Assembly: GCA_963848475.1 (NCBI GenBank)
Contig: CAWKDW010000015.1
Location: 70,095 to 134,094 of the forward strand
Length of the DNA: 64,000 bases
Direction: 5' to 3'
From: an uncultured Solirubrobacteraceae bacterium
GTDB lineage: Bacteria > Actinomycetota > Thermoleophilia > Solirubrobacterales > Solirubrobacteraceae
The position numbers were made by a program, and so were the translations under genes. Below, in pieces: positions 40,562 to 49,567 of the stretch (position 1 is the first letter of the stretch; every line of letters starts with the position of its first letter). The notes under the pieces are model-generated. The model did no database searches and had not been told where the DNA came from. It saw nothing but the letters and a program-made list of their open reading frames with translations.

Positions 40562-41983
40562 ATGAGCCAGATCGGAGTCACAGGGCTCGCCGTGATGGGG
40601 GCGAACCTGGCACGCAACATCGCACGTCGCGGCGTGCCGATCGCCGTCCACAACCGGACGGCGAGCAAGACCCAGGACTTCATGTCCGAGTACGGCTCCG
40701 AGGGGGACTTCACCGCGTGTGAGTCGCTGGAGGAGTTCGTCCAGGCGCTCGAGCGCCCGCGCAGGATCATCGTCATGGTCAAGGCCGGCAAGCCGGTGGA
40801 CGGCGTGATCGCCGACCTCGTGCCGCTGCTCGACGCCGACGACATCATCATCGATGCCGGCAACTCGCACTACATCGACACGCGCCGGCGCGAGGAGGAG
40901 CTGACCGCCAAGGGGCTGCGCTTCATCGGCACCGGCGTGTCCGGCGGCGAGGAGGGCGCGCTGCTCGGCCCGTCGATCATGCCCGGCGGGCCGCGCGAGG
41001 CCTACGCCGAGGTCGAGGAGATCTTCACCACGATCGCCGCGCAGGTCGACGGCGAGGCGTGCTGCGTCTACATCGGGCCCGACGGCGCCGGCCACTACGT
41101 GAAGATGGTCCACAACGGCATCGAGTACGCCGACATGCAGCTGATCGCGGAGGCCTACGACCTGCTGCGCTTCGGCATCGGGCTCGACGTGCCGGCGATC
41201 AAGGCGATCTTCGACGACTGGAACACCGGCGACCTCGAGTCCTTCCTGATCGAGATCACCGCGACCGTGCTCGGCAAGGTCGACGCCGAGACCGGCAAGC
41301 CGCTGGTCGACGTCATCGTCGACCAGGCCGAGCAGAAGGGCACCGGCCGCTGGACCGCGCAGGACGCGCTCGAGCTCGGCGTGCCGCTGACGGGCATCAC
41401 CGAGGCGGTCTTCGCGCGCTCGCTGAGCGCGCTGCGCGACCAGCGCCGCGACGCGGCCGGCGTGCTCGCCGGCCCGAAGCCGGGCGGGCTGCCCGAGTCG
41501 CTGGTGGAGGACATCCGCAAGGCGCTCTACGCCTCGAAGGTCGTCGCCTACGCGCAGGGCTTCGAGCAGATGGCGGCCGCGGCGAAGACGTACGACTGGG
41601 ACCTGCAGATGGGCGAGCTGGCGAAGATCTGGCGCGGCGGCTGCATCATCCGCGCCCGCTTCCTGAACCGGATCACCGAGTCCTACAGCGAGCACCCGGA
41701 CCTCGTGAACCTGCTGATGGCGCCGTACTTCCGTGACGCCGTCGCCGACGCCCAGGAGTCGTGGCGCAAGGTGATCGTCGCCGCGGTGGAGCAGGGGATC
41801 GCGGTTCCCGCGTTCTCCTCCTCGCTGGCGTACTACGACGGCTACCGGCGCGAGCGCGGGCCGGCGAACCTGATCCAGGGCCAGCGCGACTTCTTCGGCG
41901 CGCACACCTACCGGCGCGTGGACAAGGAAGGCTCCTTCCACACGCGCTGGTCGCAGGACGGCTCGGAAGTCCAGACCGCCTGA
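40562..41983 (+). CDS. gndA: NADP-dependent 6-phosphogluconate dehydrogenase
   Basis: GLAVMGANLA, GVSGGEEGA, GAGHYVKMVHNGIEY, QKGTGRW, QRDFFGAHTY. Confidence 0.97.
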   Translation: MSQIGVTGLAVMGANLARNIARRGVPIAVHNRTASKTQDFMSEYGSEGDFTACESLEEFVQALERPRRIIVMVKAGKPVDGVIADLVPLLDADDIIIDAGNSHYIDTRRREEELTAKGLRFIGTGVSGGEEGALLGPSIMPGGPREAYAEVEEIFTTIAAQVDGEACCVYIGPDGAGHYVKMVHNGIEYADMQLIAEAYDLLRFGIGLDVPAIKAIFDDWNTGDLESFLIEITATVLGKVDAETGKPLVDVIVDQAEQKGTGRWTAQDALELGVPLTGITEAVFARSLSALRDQRRDAAGVLAGPKPGGLPESLVEDIRKALYASKVVAYAQGFEQMAAAAKTYDWDLQMGELAKIWRGGCIIRARFLNRITESYSEHPDLVNLLMAPYFRDAVADAQESWRKVIVAAVEQGIAVPAFSSSLAYYDGYRRERGPANLIQGQRDFFGAHTYRRVDKEGSFHTRWSQDGSEVQTA

Positions 41984-41984
41984 T

Positions 41985-42693
41985 TTGCTCGTCCTGCTGC
42001 CGCCCTCCGAGGGGAAGACCGCACCTTCGGAGGGCGCGCCGGTGGACCTCTCCGCGCTCGCCTTCCCGGGGCTGACGAAGACCCGCGAGCGCCTGCTCGC
42101 CGTGCTCTCGCGGCTCACGCTCCCGCGGGCGCTGAAGTACCTCGACATCTCCGCGGGCCTCGCGCAGGAGGCCGAGCGCAACCTGACGCTGCTCGACGGC
42201 GCCCGCCGCGCCCGCGCACGAGGTCTACACGGGCGTGCTCTACGAGCACCTCGGGCTCGGCTCGCTGCCCGGCGAGAACGTGCTGATCGCGAGCGCGCTG
42301 TGGGGCTTCGTGCGCCCGTCGGACCGGATCCCCGCCTACCGGCTCTCGATGGGCTCGACGCTGCCGCGGATCCCGTCGCTGCCGGCGCTGTGGCGCGATC
42401 CGTTGCGCAAGGCGGTGCCCGACGAGGGGCTGATCGTCGACCTGCGCTCAGGCTCCTACGCGGCGGCCTGGAAGCCGAAGCAGGCCACGGTCGTCGGCGT
42501 CCGCGCGTTCACGGACGGCAAGATCGTCAGCCACATGGTCAAGGCCACCCGCGGCGACGTCGCCCGCATCCTGCTGTCCTCGGGCGCCGCGCCCGAGACC
42601 CCGCACGAGGTCGCCGCGCTCGCCCGCGATGCTGGATTGAGCGTCGAACTCAACGGTTCCGACCGCGCTTGGACACTTGACGTAATCAGCTAA
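41985..42693 (+). CDS. yaaA: Peroxide stress protein YaaA (UPF0246); frameshift near 42200
   Basis: LLPPSEGK, YTGVLY, SALWG...IPAYRLSM, DLRS, VSHMVKATRG. Confidence 0.85.
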
Positions 42694-42702
42694 GGCTTCG
42701 GA

Positions 42703-42830
42703 TCGCCGTGCCGATACACGGGCTGTCAGACAGCGAAGGCGCCCCGAGGGCAGAGACCTCAACAAACGTCCCCCTCCCACACTTGCCTGATCTTCTGATG
42801 GCCGAAGCCCGCGAAAGCGGGCTTCCGCGT
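42703..42830 (+). ncRNA. Candidate structured small RNA ending in an intrinsic terminator
   Basis: Stem 42721-42730/42794-42803 with G-U pairs, C-rich CCCCTCCC segment, hairpin GAAGCCCGC-GAAA-GCGGGCTTC. Confidence 0.45.
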
Positions 42831-42833
42831 TTA
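42804..42833 (+). terminator. Intrinsic terminator hairpin with GAAA tetraloop
   Basis: Perfect 9-bp stem 42804-42825 between convergent genes, followed by CGCGTTTA. Confidence 0.7.
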
Positions 42834-43748
42834 AGCGGCTCTCGCGAGCGACCGAGCGGGCCGGCTTGTCGAAGCGCAGGCCGAGGAAGCGCGGGTGGCG
42901 CAGGCGGCCGGCGGTCGTCCACTCGGCGAAGCCGAGCTGGGCGACGAGCTCCGGCTCGACCCAGGTGGCGTCGCGGAGGCGCGGTGCGTCGGCGAACGGG
43001 GAGTCCTCGCGGTGCAGCGCGCGCAGGCGCTCGCCGAGGTCGCAGCAGCGTGGCGCGATCGAAGCCGGTGCCGACCTTGCCCGCGTAGCGCAGCGCGCCC
43101 TCGGCGTCGAAGTGGCCGACGAGCAGCGCGCCGAGCTCGATGCGCGAGCCGCGCGGCGCGGTGAAGCCGCCGATCACGAGCTCCTGGCCCTGCTGGCACT
43201 TGAACTTCAGCCAGTCGCGCGAGCGGCGCGTCGGTGTAGACGCTGTCGGCGCGCTTGGCGATCACGCCCTCCCAGCCCTTGCGGCAGGCCTCCTCGAACA
43301 TCGCCTCGCCCGCTTCGTTGCGGTAGGCGTTCAGCCGGATCGGGTCCGCGAAGGCCAGCGCGTCGCGCAGCAGCGCCTTGCGCTCGCGCAGCGGCCGCGA
43401 ACGGACGTCCTCGCCGTCGAGCCAGAGGACGTCGAAGACGTAGTAGAAGGTCGAGGCGCCGGGATGGCCGAGCGCCTGGAAGCTCGTCTGCGCGCCCTCG
43501 AAGGCGACGACCTCGCCGTCGACCGCGAAGCGCGTGCGCGGATCGGCGTCGAGCGCCGCGGCGACGCCCGGGAAGCGGCCGTTGAGCGAGAGGTCGTTGC
43601 GCGAGAGCAGCTTGACCGGCCCGCCGTCGCGGATCGCGACGCAGCGGATGCCGTCGAGCTTGCGCTCGTAGATCCAGTCCGGGTCGCTGAAGCGCTCCTG
43701 CGTCAGGACCGCCCGCATCGCGGATGCGGTGGTCGGGGCGGCGCTCAC
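42831..43748 (-). CDS. ligD: ATP-dependent DNA ligase (stand-alone LigD ligase domain); frameshifts near 43045 and 43230
   Basis: ERKLDGIR adenylation motif, VDGEVV, VFDVLWLDG, EGVIAK, WLKFK, YAGKVGTGF, LRHPRFLG. Confidence 0.88.
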   Translation of the reverse strand: MSAAPTTASAMRAVLTQERFSDPDWIYERKLDGIRCVAIRDGGPVKLLSRNDLSLNGRFPGVAAALDADPRTRFAVDGEVVAFEGAQTSFQALGHPGASTFYYVFDVLWLDGEDVRSRPLRERKALLRDALAFADPIRLNAYRNEAGEAMFEEACRKGWEGVIAKRADSVYTDAPLARLAEVQVPAGPGARDRRLHRAARLAHRARRAARRPLRRRGRAALRGQGRHRLRSRHAAATSASACARCTARTPRSPTHRASATPPGSSRSSSPSSASPSGRPPAACATRASSACASTSRPARSLARAA

Positions 43749-44305
43749 TTCCGGGTGCCGTGCCGGAGGCCGTCCATCAGCAGCCGCAGCAGGCGGCGCG
43801 CCTGGTCCTCGTCGTCGATCAGCCAGACGGCGCCCATCGCGCGCATCACGTCCTCGGCGTCGACGTCGGGACGCAGCGTGCCGTCCGCGACGCCGGCCGC
43901 CAGCAGCAGCGCGATCGCGCCGACGATCTGCCCGCGCGCGTCGGCGAACAGGTCCGAGCCGCCCGCGACGACCGACTGCAGCGCGTCGCGCATGCCCTTC
44001 TTGGCCGTCGAGTAGCTGACGAAGCGATCCATCCACTCGGCCAGCGCGACGTCCGCCTGGTGCTCGGCCAGCCGCTCGCCGGCGGCCTCGCAGAGCTGCG
44101 CGACCTCGTTGCGGTACGCGGCCTCCACCAGCGCGTCGCGCGTGGGGAAGTGGCGGTAGAGCGTGCCGATGCCGACGCCCGCGCGCTTGGCGACGGCGTC
44201 GAGCGAGACGGAGTTGCCGGAGGCGGCGAACAGCTCGGTCGCCGCGAGCAGCAGCTTCTCGCGGTTGCGGCGCGCGTCGGCGCGTTTGATCTCAGGTGTT
44301 GACAT
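43745..44305 (-). CDS. TetR/AcrR family transcriptional regulator
   Basis: RADARRNRE...VAKRAGVGIGTLYRHFPTRDAL. Confidence 0.93.
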   Translation of the reverse strand: MSTPEIKRADARRNREKLLLAATELFAASGNSVSLDAVAKRAGVGIGTLYRHFPTRDALVEAAYRNEVAQLCEAAGERLAEHQADVALAEWMDRFVSYSTAKKGMRDALQSVVAGGSDLFADARGQIVGAIALLLAAGVADGTLRPDVDAEDVMRAMGAVWLIDDEDQARRLLRLLMDGLRHGTRK

Positions 44306-44310
44306 CGTGT

Positions 44311-44370
44311 AAACGGAGGAAGCCTCCGGTTGCGTGCTACATTGGACTCAAACGGAGCAACCCTCCGCTT
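44311..44370. promoter_or_regulatory. Two TetR operators: AAACGGAGG-AAG-CCTCCGGTT (44311-44331) and AAACGGAGC-AAC-CCTCCGCTT (44350-44370)
   Basis: Two related palindromes between the divergent tetR and SDR genes. Confidence 0.78.
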
Positions 44371-44391
44371 CATTCTAGGAGGCAAGCACAC

Positions 44392-45225
44392 ATGTCGAAA
44401 GTCTGGTTCATCACCGGCACTTCGAAGGGCTTCGGCCGCGTTTGGGCCGAGGCCGCGCTGGAGCGCGGCGATCGCGTCGCCGCGACCGCCCGCGACGTCG
44501 CCACGCTCGACGGCCTGGTCGAGACCTACGGCGACCTCGTCCTGCCGCTCGCGCTCGACGTCGACGACAAGACCGCGATCGACGCCGCCGTGGCCACGGC
44601 GCACGAGCACTTCGGCCGCCTCGACATCGTCATCAACAACGCCGGCTACGGCCTGTTCGGGACGATCGAGGAGATCACCGAGGAGCAGGCGCGGGCGCAG
44701 ATCGAGACGAACCTGTTCGGCCCGCTGTGGGTCACCAAGGCCGTCATACCGATCATGCGCGAGCAGGGCTCGGGCCACATTCTCCAGGTGTCCTCGATCG
44801 GCGGCGTCAACGCGTTCCCGGTCCTCGGGCTCTATCACGCCTCGAAGTGGGGGCTGGAGGCCTTCAGCCAGTCGCTCGCCGCCGAGGTGGCGCAGTTCGG
44901 GATCAACGTGACGCTGATCGAGCCCGCCGGCTACTCGACCGACTGGCGCGGGGCGTCCTCGGTCCAGGCCGACCCGCTGGCGCTCTACGACGGCACCCGC
45001 GAGGCCCGTGCGCAGCTCTTCAAGGGCGCCCTGGCCGAGCCGGGCGACCCGCAGGCGACCGGCTCGGTCATCCTCGAGCTCGTCGACGCCGACGAACCGC
45101 CGCTGCGCGTCTTCCTCGGCTCCGGCACGCTCGAGATGATCCGCGCCGAGTACGAGCGCCGGCTGGAGAACTGGGAGCGCTGGGACGGGCTCGCCAACGC
45201 CGCGCAGGGCGGGGTGGCACGATGA
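44392..45225 (+). CDS. SDR family oxidoreductase
   Basis: TGTSKGFG, NNAG, YHASK; RBS AGGAGG. Confidence 0.93.
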   Translation: MSKVWFITGTSKGFGRVWAEAALERGDRVAATARDVATLDGLVETYGDLVLPLALDVDDKTAIDAAVATAHEHFGRLDIVINNAGYGLFGTIEEITEEQARAQIETNLFGPLWVTKAVIPIMREQGSGHILQVSSIGGVNAFPVLGLYHASKWGLEAFSQSLAAEVAQFGINVTLIEPAGYSTDWRGASSVQADPLALYDGTREARAQLFKGALAEPGDPQATGSVILELVDADEPPLRVFLGSGTLEMIRAEYERRLENWERWDGLANAAQGGVAR

Positions 45226-46130
45226 CCGCCTTCGGAGCCACGTCCACCGCGCTGGAAGTGGTCGAGGGCATCGACCTCACCGGCAGGCGCGCGATCGTCA
45301 CCGGCGGCGCGTCCGGGATCGGCATCGAGACCGCCCGGGCGCTGGCCTCGGCGGGCGCCGAGGTCACGCTCGCGGTCCGCGACGTCGACGCCGGCGAGCG
45401 GGTCGCGACCGAGGTCGGCGCCACAAGCGTGAAGTATCTCGAACTGGCCAAGCTGGAATCGGTCGAGGCGTTCGCGCGCGACTGGGACGGGCCGCTGCAC
45501 ATCCTCGTCAACAACGCGGGTGTGATGGCGATCCCCGAGCTGCGGCTCAATGCCGACGGCCTGGAGCTGCAGTTGGCGACCAACCACGTCGGACACTTCG
45601 CGCTGGCGGTCGGCCTGCATCGCGCGCTGGCCGCCGAAGGCGCCCGGATCGTCTCGGTCAGCTCCAGCGGGCACCTGCGCTCGCCGGTGATCTGGGACGA
45701 CCTCAACTTCGCGTTTCGCGAGTACACCCCGTTCGACGCCTACGGGCAGTCCAAGACGGCGAACGTCCAGTTCGCGGTCGGCGCGACCGCCCGCTGGGCC
45801 CGTGACGGGATCACGGCCAACGCGCTGATGCCGGGCGGGATCGCGACGAACCTGCAGCGTCACACCCCCGGGATGATCGAGCAGGCGCTCGAGGCCGGGA
45901 TGAAGCTCAAGACGCCCGAGCAGGGGGCCGCGACGTCGGTCCTGCTCGCCGCCGCTCCCGAACTCGAGGGCGTCGGCGGCCGCTACTACGAGGACTGCGC
46001 CGAGGCGCGGCTCGTCGACCACCGCGGCGAGATGGGAAGCGGCGGCGTCGCGCCCTACGCGCTCGACGCCGACAACGCCGATCGGCTGTGGGAGCTCTCC
46101 GAGCGCCTGCTCGGCGCACACGTCCGCTAG
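45222..46130 (+). CDS. SDR family oxidoreductase (retinol-dehydrogenase-like)
   Basis: TGGASGIG, NNAGVM, ATNHVGHF, YGQSK. Confidence 0.93.
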   Translation: MTAFGATSTALEVVEGIDLTGRRAIVTGGASGIGIETARALASAGAEVTLAVRDVDAGERVATEVGATSVKYLELAKLESVEAFARDWDGPLHILVNNAGVMAIPELRLNADGLELQLATNHVGHFALAVGLHRALAAEGARIVSVSSSGHLRSPVIWDDLNFAFREYTPFDAYGQSKTANVQFAVGATARWARDGITANALMPGGIATNLQRHTPGMIEQALEAGMKLKTPEQGAATSVLLAAAPELEGVGGRYYEDCAEARLVDHRGEMGSGGVAPYALDADNADRLWELSERLLGAHVR

Positions 46131-46217
46131 TCGCCGGCGCGCTCGCCTCGCGGAACTGGCCGTCGTCGAAGTGGTCCCGAGCGGCGGCGGTCAGCGCGGG
46201 CCGGAGGGTGGAACGGT

Positions 46218-46262
46218 TCACCCTCGCGGGTGATGGCAGGGCACCGCGCCACGCGCGAGCAT
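46218..46262 (+). promoter_or_regulatory. Orphan copy of the island operator: TCACCC-tcgc-GGGTGA (46218-46233), GCACCG at 46241, -10 GAGCAT at 46257
   Basis: Perfect half-sites with a 4-nt spacer (one base short); the downstream elements are likewise shifted by 1. Confidence 0.55.
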
Positions 46263-46269
46263 GTCGTCC

Positions 46270-46353
46270 ATGCCCTGCATCTTCAAACTCATCGTCGATC
46301 TGATCCTCGGCCCGGAAGAGCAGATCGCCTACGTTTCGGTGACGACGCGCTGA
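46270..46353 (+). CDS. Candidate 27-aa small protein MPCIFKLIVDLILGPEEQIAYVSVTTR
   Basis: ATG 7 nt after the -10 box; GC3-rich codons; fills the intergenic gap. Confidence 0.45.
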   Translation: MPCIFKLIVDLILGPEEQIAYVSVTTR

Positions 46354-46354
46354 G

Positions 46355-48242
46355 CTATGAGACCAGCCGCCGGAGCCGGCGCGTGATCTCGAGCCGCTTG
46401 CGCTCCGCGTCGTAGCGCCCCAGCGTCTCGTCCTGGAACTTCAGGCGCGAGATCATCGAGCGCGTGAGCGCGTCGACGAGCTCCGGCCGTCCGGCGAGGA
46501 TCGGCGCGTACTGGCGCCGGCCGACCTCGTAGACGATCGCCCCGTCGATCGAGCGCACGGTCGCGCTGCGCGGCTCGCCGGTGAGGACCGACATCTCGCC
46601 GATGACCGCGCCGTTGGGCCGCGTGCCGAGGTTCACCTCGGAGCCGTCGGCGCGGCGGATCAGCACCTCGACCGCGCCTTCGGCGATCACGAACAGCGAG
46701 TCGCCGTCCTGGCCCTGGACGATGATCCGCTCCATCGGGCCGAAGGTCAGCGGGCGCGCGGTGTGGGTGAGCGTGGAGAGCTCCTCGTCGCTGAGGAGCG
46801 AGAACAGCGTCGTCCCGGCCAGCAGCGTGGTCAGCTGCCGCAGCGGCGGCTCGTAGTCGGCCGGGAGCTCGACGCCGACCTCGAGATGATCGGAGTCGTA
46901 GCCGTCGCGGCGCTGCAGCAGCTCCACGCGCGTGGGCTGGTTCATGTGCGCCTCGAGCAGGCTCACCTGGCGCGGAACGCACTCCTCGCCCGTGTGATCC
47001 ATCAAGCCGCGTTCCTGGGCCCAGTCGGCGACGTGGTTCATCGACGCCCGGTACTGGTTGCACGCCGACGCGAAGAGCCCGTCCTGGTCGCCCAGCAGCC
47101 GCGGCAACGGACCGGGCACGCGCAGCACGCGGCGCAGCCCGACGTGGCCCTGGCGGTGCCAGAGGATGAGCCGCTGGACCTCGGCCGGGAGGAAGCCGAG
47201 CTCCGGGAAGGCGTCGGGCGTCTGGCGCAGCACGGCGCGCTCGGCGTCGCGGAACACCCGATGCCAGGTCTCCTGCGCGTTGTGCGCGTTCGGCCCGGCG
47301 AGCTCGATCGCATGCTGCAGGTCCTCGTGGTGGACGTGCAGGAACTCGAGCGTCGCCTTGCGCTTGTTGAGCAGGTTCGTGGCGGCGACGGGACCGGTGC
47401 GGGGCTGGCCGCGGAGCGCGATCCTGCGCAGCGCCCAGACGCCGCTCCAGCCCTCGACGTTGAGCCGGCGCCGGATCTCCGCGAACGCTTCGCCGTTCTC
47501 GAAGACGTCGCGCTCCTCGGGCGTCAGCAGGTCGCCCGCGTCGTCCTTGACCGCCTCGACCACGCCGAGCCCGGTCAGCAGCTCGAGGTAGAGGCCGACG
47601 CGCACGAGCCAGCCGGGGTCGGCGAGGTCGCGGCGCTTGTGGACGATGTCGCCGATCAGCGCGCGCGTGTAGAGCTCGGCCTTATGGGCGCCGATCAGCA
47701 GCACCGGGAACCACGGGTGGTAGGCGTGCGAGAGCCCCGGCGACTGGCGCTCGGTGTCGGGCTTCACCAGCCGCTGGACGATGCGCTCGTAGAGCGAGCC
47801 GAACTGCTCGACGTCGTAGACCTCGAGCCGGCCCTCGGTCTCCGCGACCGGCTCGCCCGCGCGCGTGAGCCGGACGCTGACGGTGAGCATCTGCGAGAAG
47901 AGCGTCGCGAAGGAGTAGTCGCCGGGCAGGTCGCGCAGCGCGAGCACGTATGGCTGATCGGCCCCGAGCGCCAACTCGACCCAGCTCCGGCTTGCCGTCG
48001 GCTCCGAGCCCGAACACGAGCGGTTCGATCGGCCGGCGGTCCCATCCGGGGAGCGGGCCGTCCGGGCCGGTCAGCGTCGCATCGAGCGCGTAGTCGTCGC
48101 CGTCGATGCCGTCGACCGAGAAGAGCAGGTAGTACTCGCCCTGCAGGAAGGCGACGGCGTCGCTCGAGCCCATCCCCGGATGGCGCGCCTCGTCCGTCGG
48201 CCGACGGCCCGGTGCGAACGGGATGATCTCGATCCTCGCCAT
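46355..48242 (-). CDS. Large hypothetical protein with C-terminal cyclic-nucleotide-binding domain; frameshift near 47975
   Basis: C-terminus IIVQGQDGDSLFVIAEGAVEV...IGEMSVLTGEPRSATVRS; N-terminal ~480 aa unrecognised. Confidence 0.8.
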
Positions 48243-48253
48243 CGGATCCGAGC

Positions 48254-49066
48254 CTAGAGCGTCCAATAGAGATCGGCCCCGGCGGGGATCGGCTTCGCCG
48301 CGCGGCTCAGCGCGGCGCGCGCGACCGCGGGGTTGAGCTGGGTGATCGCGATCACCTCGACCGTGGCGAGCGGCTCGGTGGACCAGGCGAGCAGCTCCTC
48401 GACCGATTCGGGCTTCGGGCGGCGCGTCAGCTCCGGCGCGAGGTTGGCGATCGCGGTCTCGTAGACCTCGACCGGGTTAAAGCCCGGGATCGAGAAGGAG
48501 CGTTCGCCGCTCGCGAGCTCGTAGCTGGGGGCGCTGTAACGGCGCTCCTCGGGCGGGCCGCCGAGCTTATGGTCGAGCGCGCGGGCGGCGAGCGAAGGCG
48601 AGCGCGCACTCGCGACGTCGGCGGACAGCACGTCCTCGACGGCGGGCATCGCGCTCCAGCGTGCCAGCTCATCGGGGTCAAGTCCGACGTCGCGCGCCGC
48701 CGCGGCCAGCAGCGAGCGGTCGTCGAGCAGGCCGCCGACCATCGCCCGGACCCGCAGCGCGCGCAGCAGCGGCGCCTCGGCTCCCGGCGCGTTGAGCCGT
48801 GCGGCCACGACCGCGCGGCAGGCCGGCTCCGACGAGAACGTGCGCGCGTACGGCGCGGGATCGATCGGCATGCCGTAGCGCCGCTGCAGGCCGGGCGCGC
48901 CCTCGGCCAGCTTCGCGTCCTCGCCCGGTTCGAGCGTGAGCACGATCATCGTCAGCCGCCAGCGCAGCTGGTCGCCGTAGTGCCAGCGCAACCGCTGACG
49001 CACCGGCTCGGCGGAGAATGCGAAGGGACAGGCGGGATCGGTGAAGAGCGTGATGTCGACGGCCAC
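48254..49066 (-). CDS. DsbA/FrnE-like thioredoxin-fold protein
   Basis: ITLFTDPACPFAFSAEP; YSAPSY. Confidence 0.8.
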   Translation of the reverse strand: MAVDITLFTDPACPFAFSAEPVRQRLRWHYGDQLRWRLTMIVLTLEPGEDAKLAEGAPGLQRRYGMPIDPAPYARTFSSEPACRAVVAARLNAPGAEAPLLRALRVRAMVGGLLDDRSLLAAAARDVGLDPDELARWSAMPAVEDVLSADVASARSPSLAARALDHKLGGPPEERRYSAPSYELASGERSFSIPGFNPVEVYETAIANLAPELTRRPKPESVEELLAWSTEPLATVEVIAITQLNPAVARAALSRAAKPIPAGADLYWTL

Positions 49067-49195
49067 GCCCGGGAGGCTACTTACGCAGCGTCACCAGCTC
49101 GCGCGCGATGACGAAGCCGTAGCCGTGGGGCGTGCGTCGCGAGCGCCAACGCGCCATCCGAGAGCGTGCCGGTCCGTGCCATCACCACTAGGCTC

Positions 49196-49567
49196 CTAGG
49201 CCACGCGGCCCGTCGCCGCCCAGTCGGCGGCACGAGAGCGAGGCCGCCCGATCATGGCGGCGGTGCCGTCGTCGAGGATCGGGCGCTGCAGCAGCGAGGG
49301 ATGCTCGACCAGGATCGCCACGACCGCGTCGATCCCGAGGCCGTCGGCGTCGAGCCCGAGGTCCTTGTACTTCTTGTCGCGCCGGATCAGCGCGTCCGGC
49401 GGATCGCCCTGCAGGCGCTCCGCCAGCGAGCGCAGCTCGTCCTGCGACAACCGCTCGGCGACGAGCAGGTACTTGCGCACGGTCACGTCGCGCCCCGCAC
49501 CCTCGAGCGCGTCCAGCGCATGCACCGAGGTCGGGCAGTGCGGGTTGTGCAGCAGCGTGAGCGTCAC
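49196..49567 (-). CDS. ArsC/Spx family (arsenate reductase-like) protein
   Basis: LHNPHCPTS, HPSLLQRPI, IGRP. Confidence 0.85.
   Translation of the reverse strand: MTLTLLHNPHCPTSVHALDALEGAGRDVTVRKYLLVAERLSQDELRSLAERLQGDPPDALIRRDKKYKDLGLDADGLGIDAVVAILVEHPSLLQRPILDDGTAAMIGRPRSRAADWAATGRVA

Noticed and set aside
42703-42830. 6S or Ms1 RNA identity for the hairpin
   Set aside because: The hairpin spans only about 85 nt, much shorter than those RNAs.
49077-49157. 26-aa minus-strand ORF MARWRSRRTPHGYGFVIARELVTLRK, faintly PadR-like
   Set aside because: Too short, with no clear RBS; the similarity could be chance.
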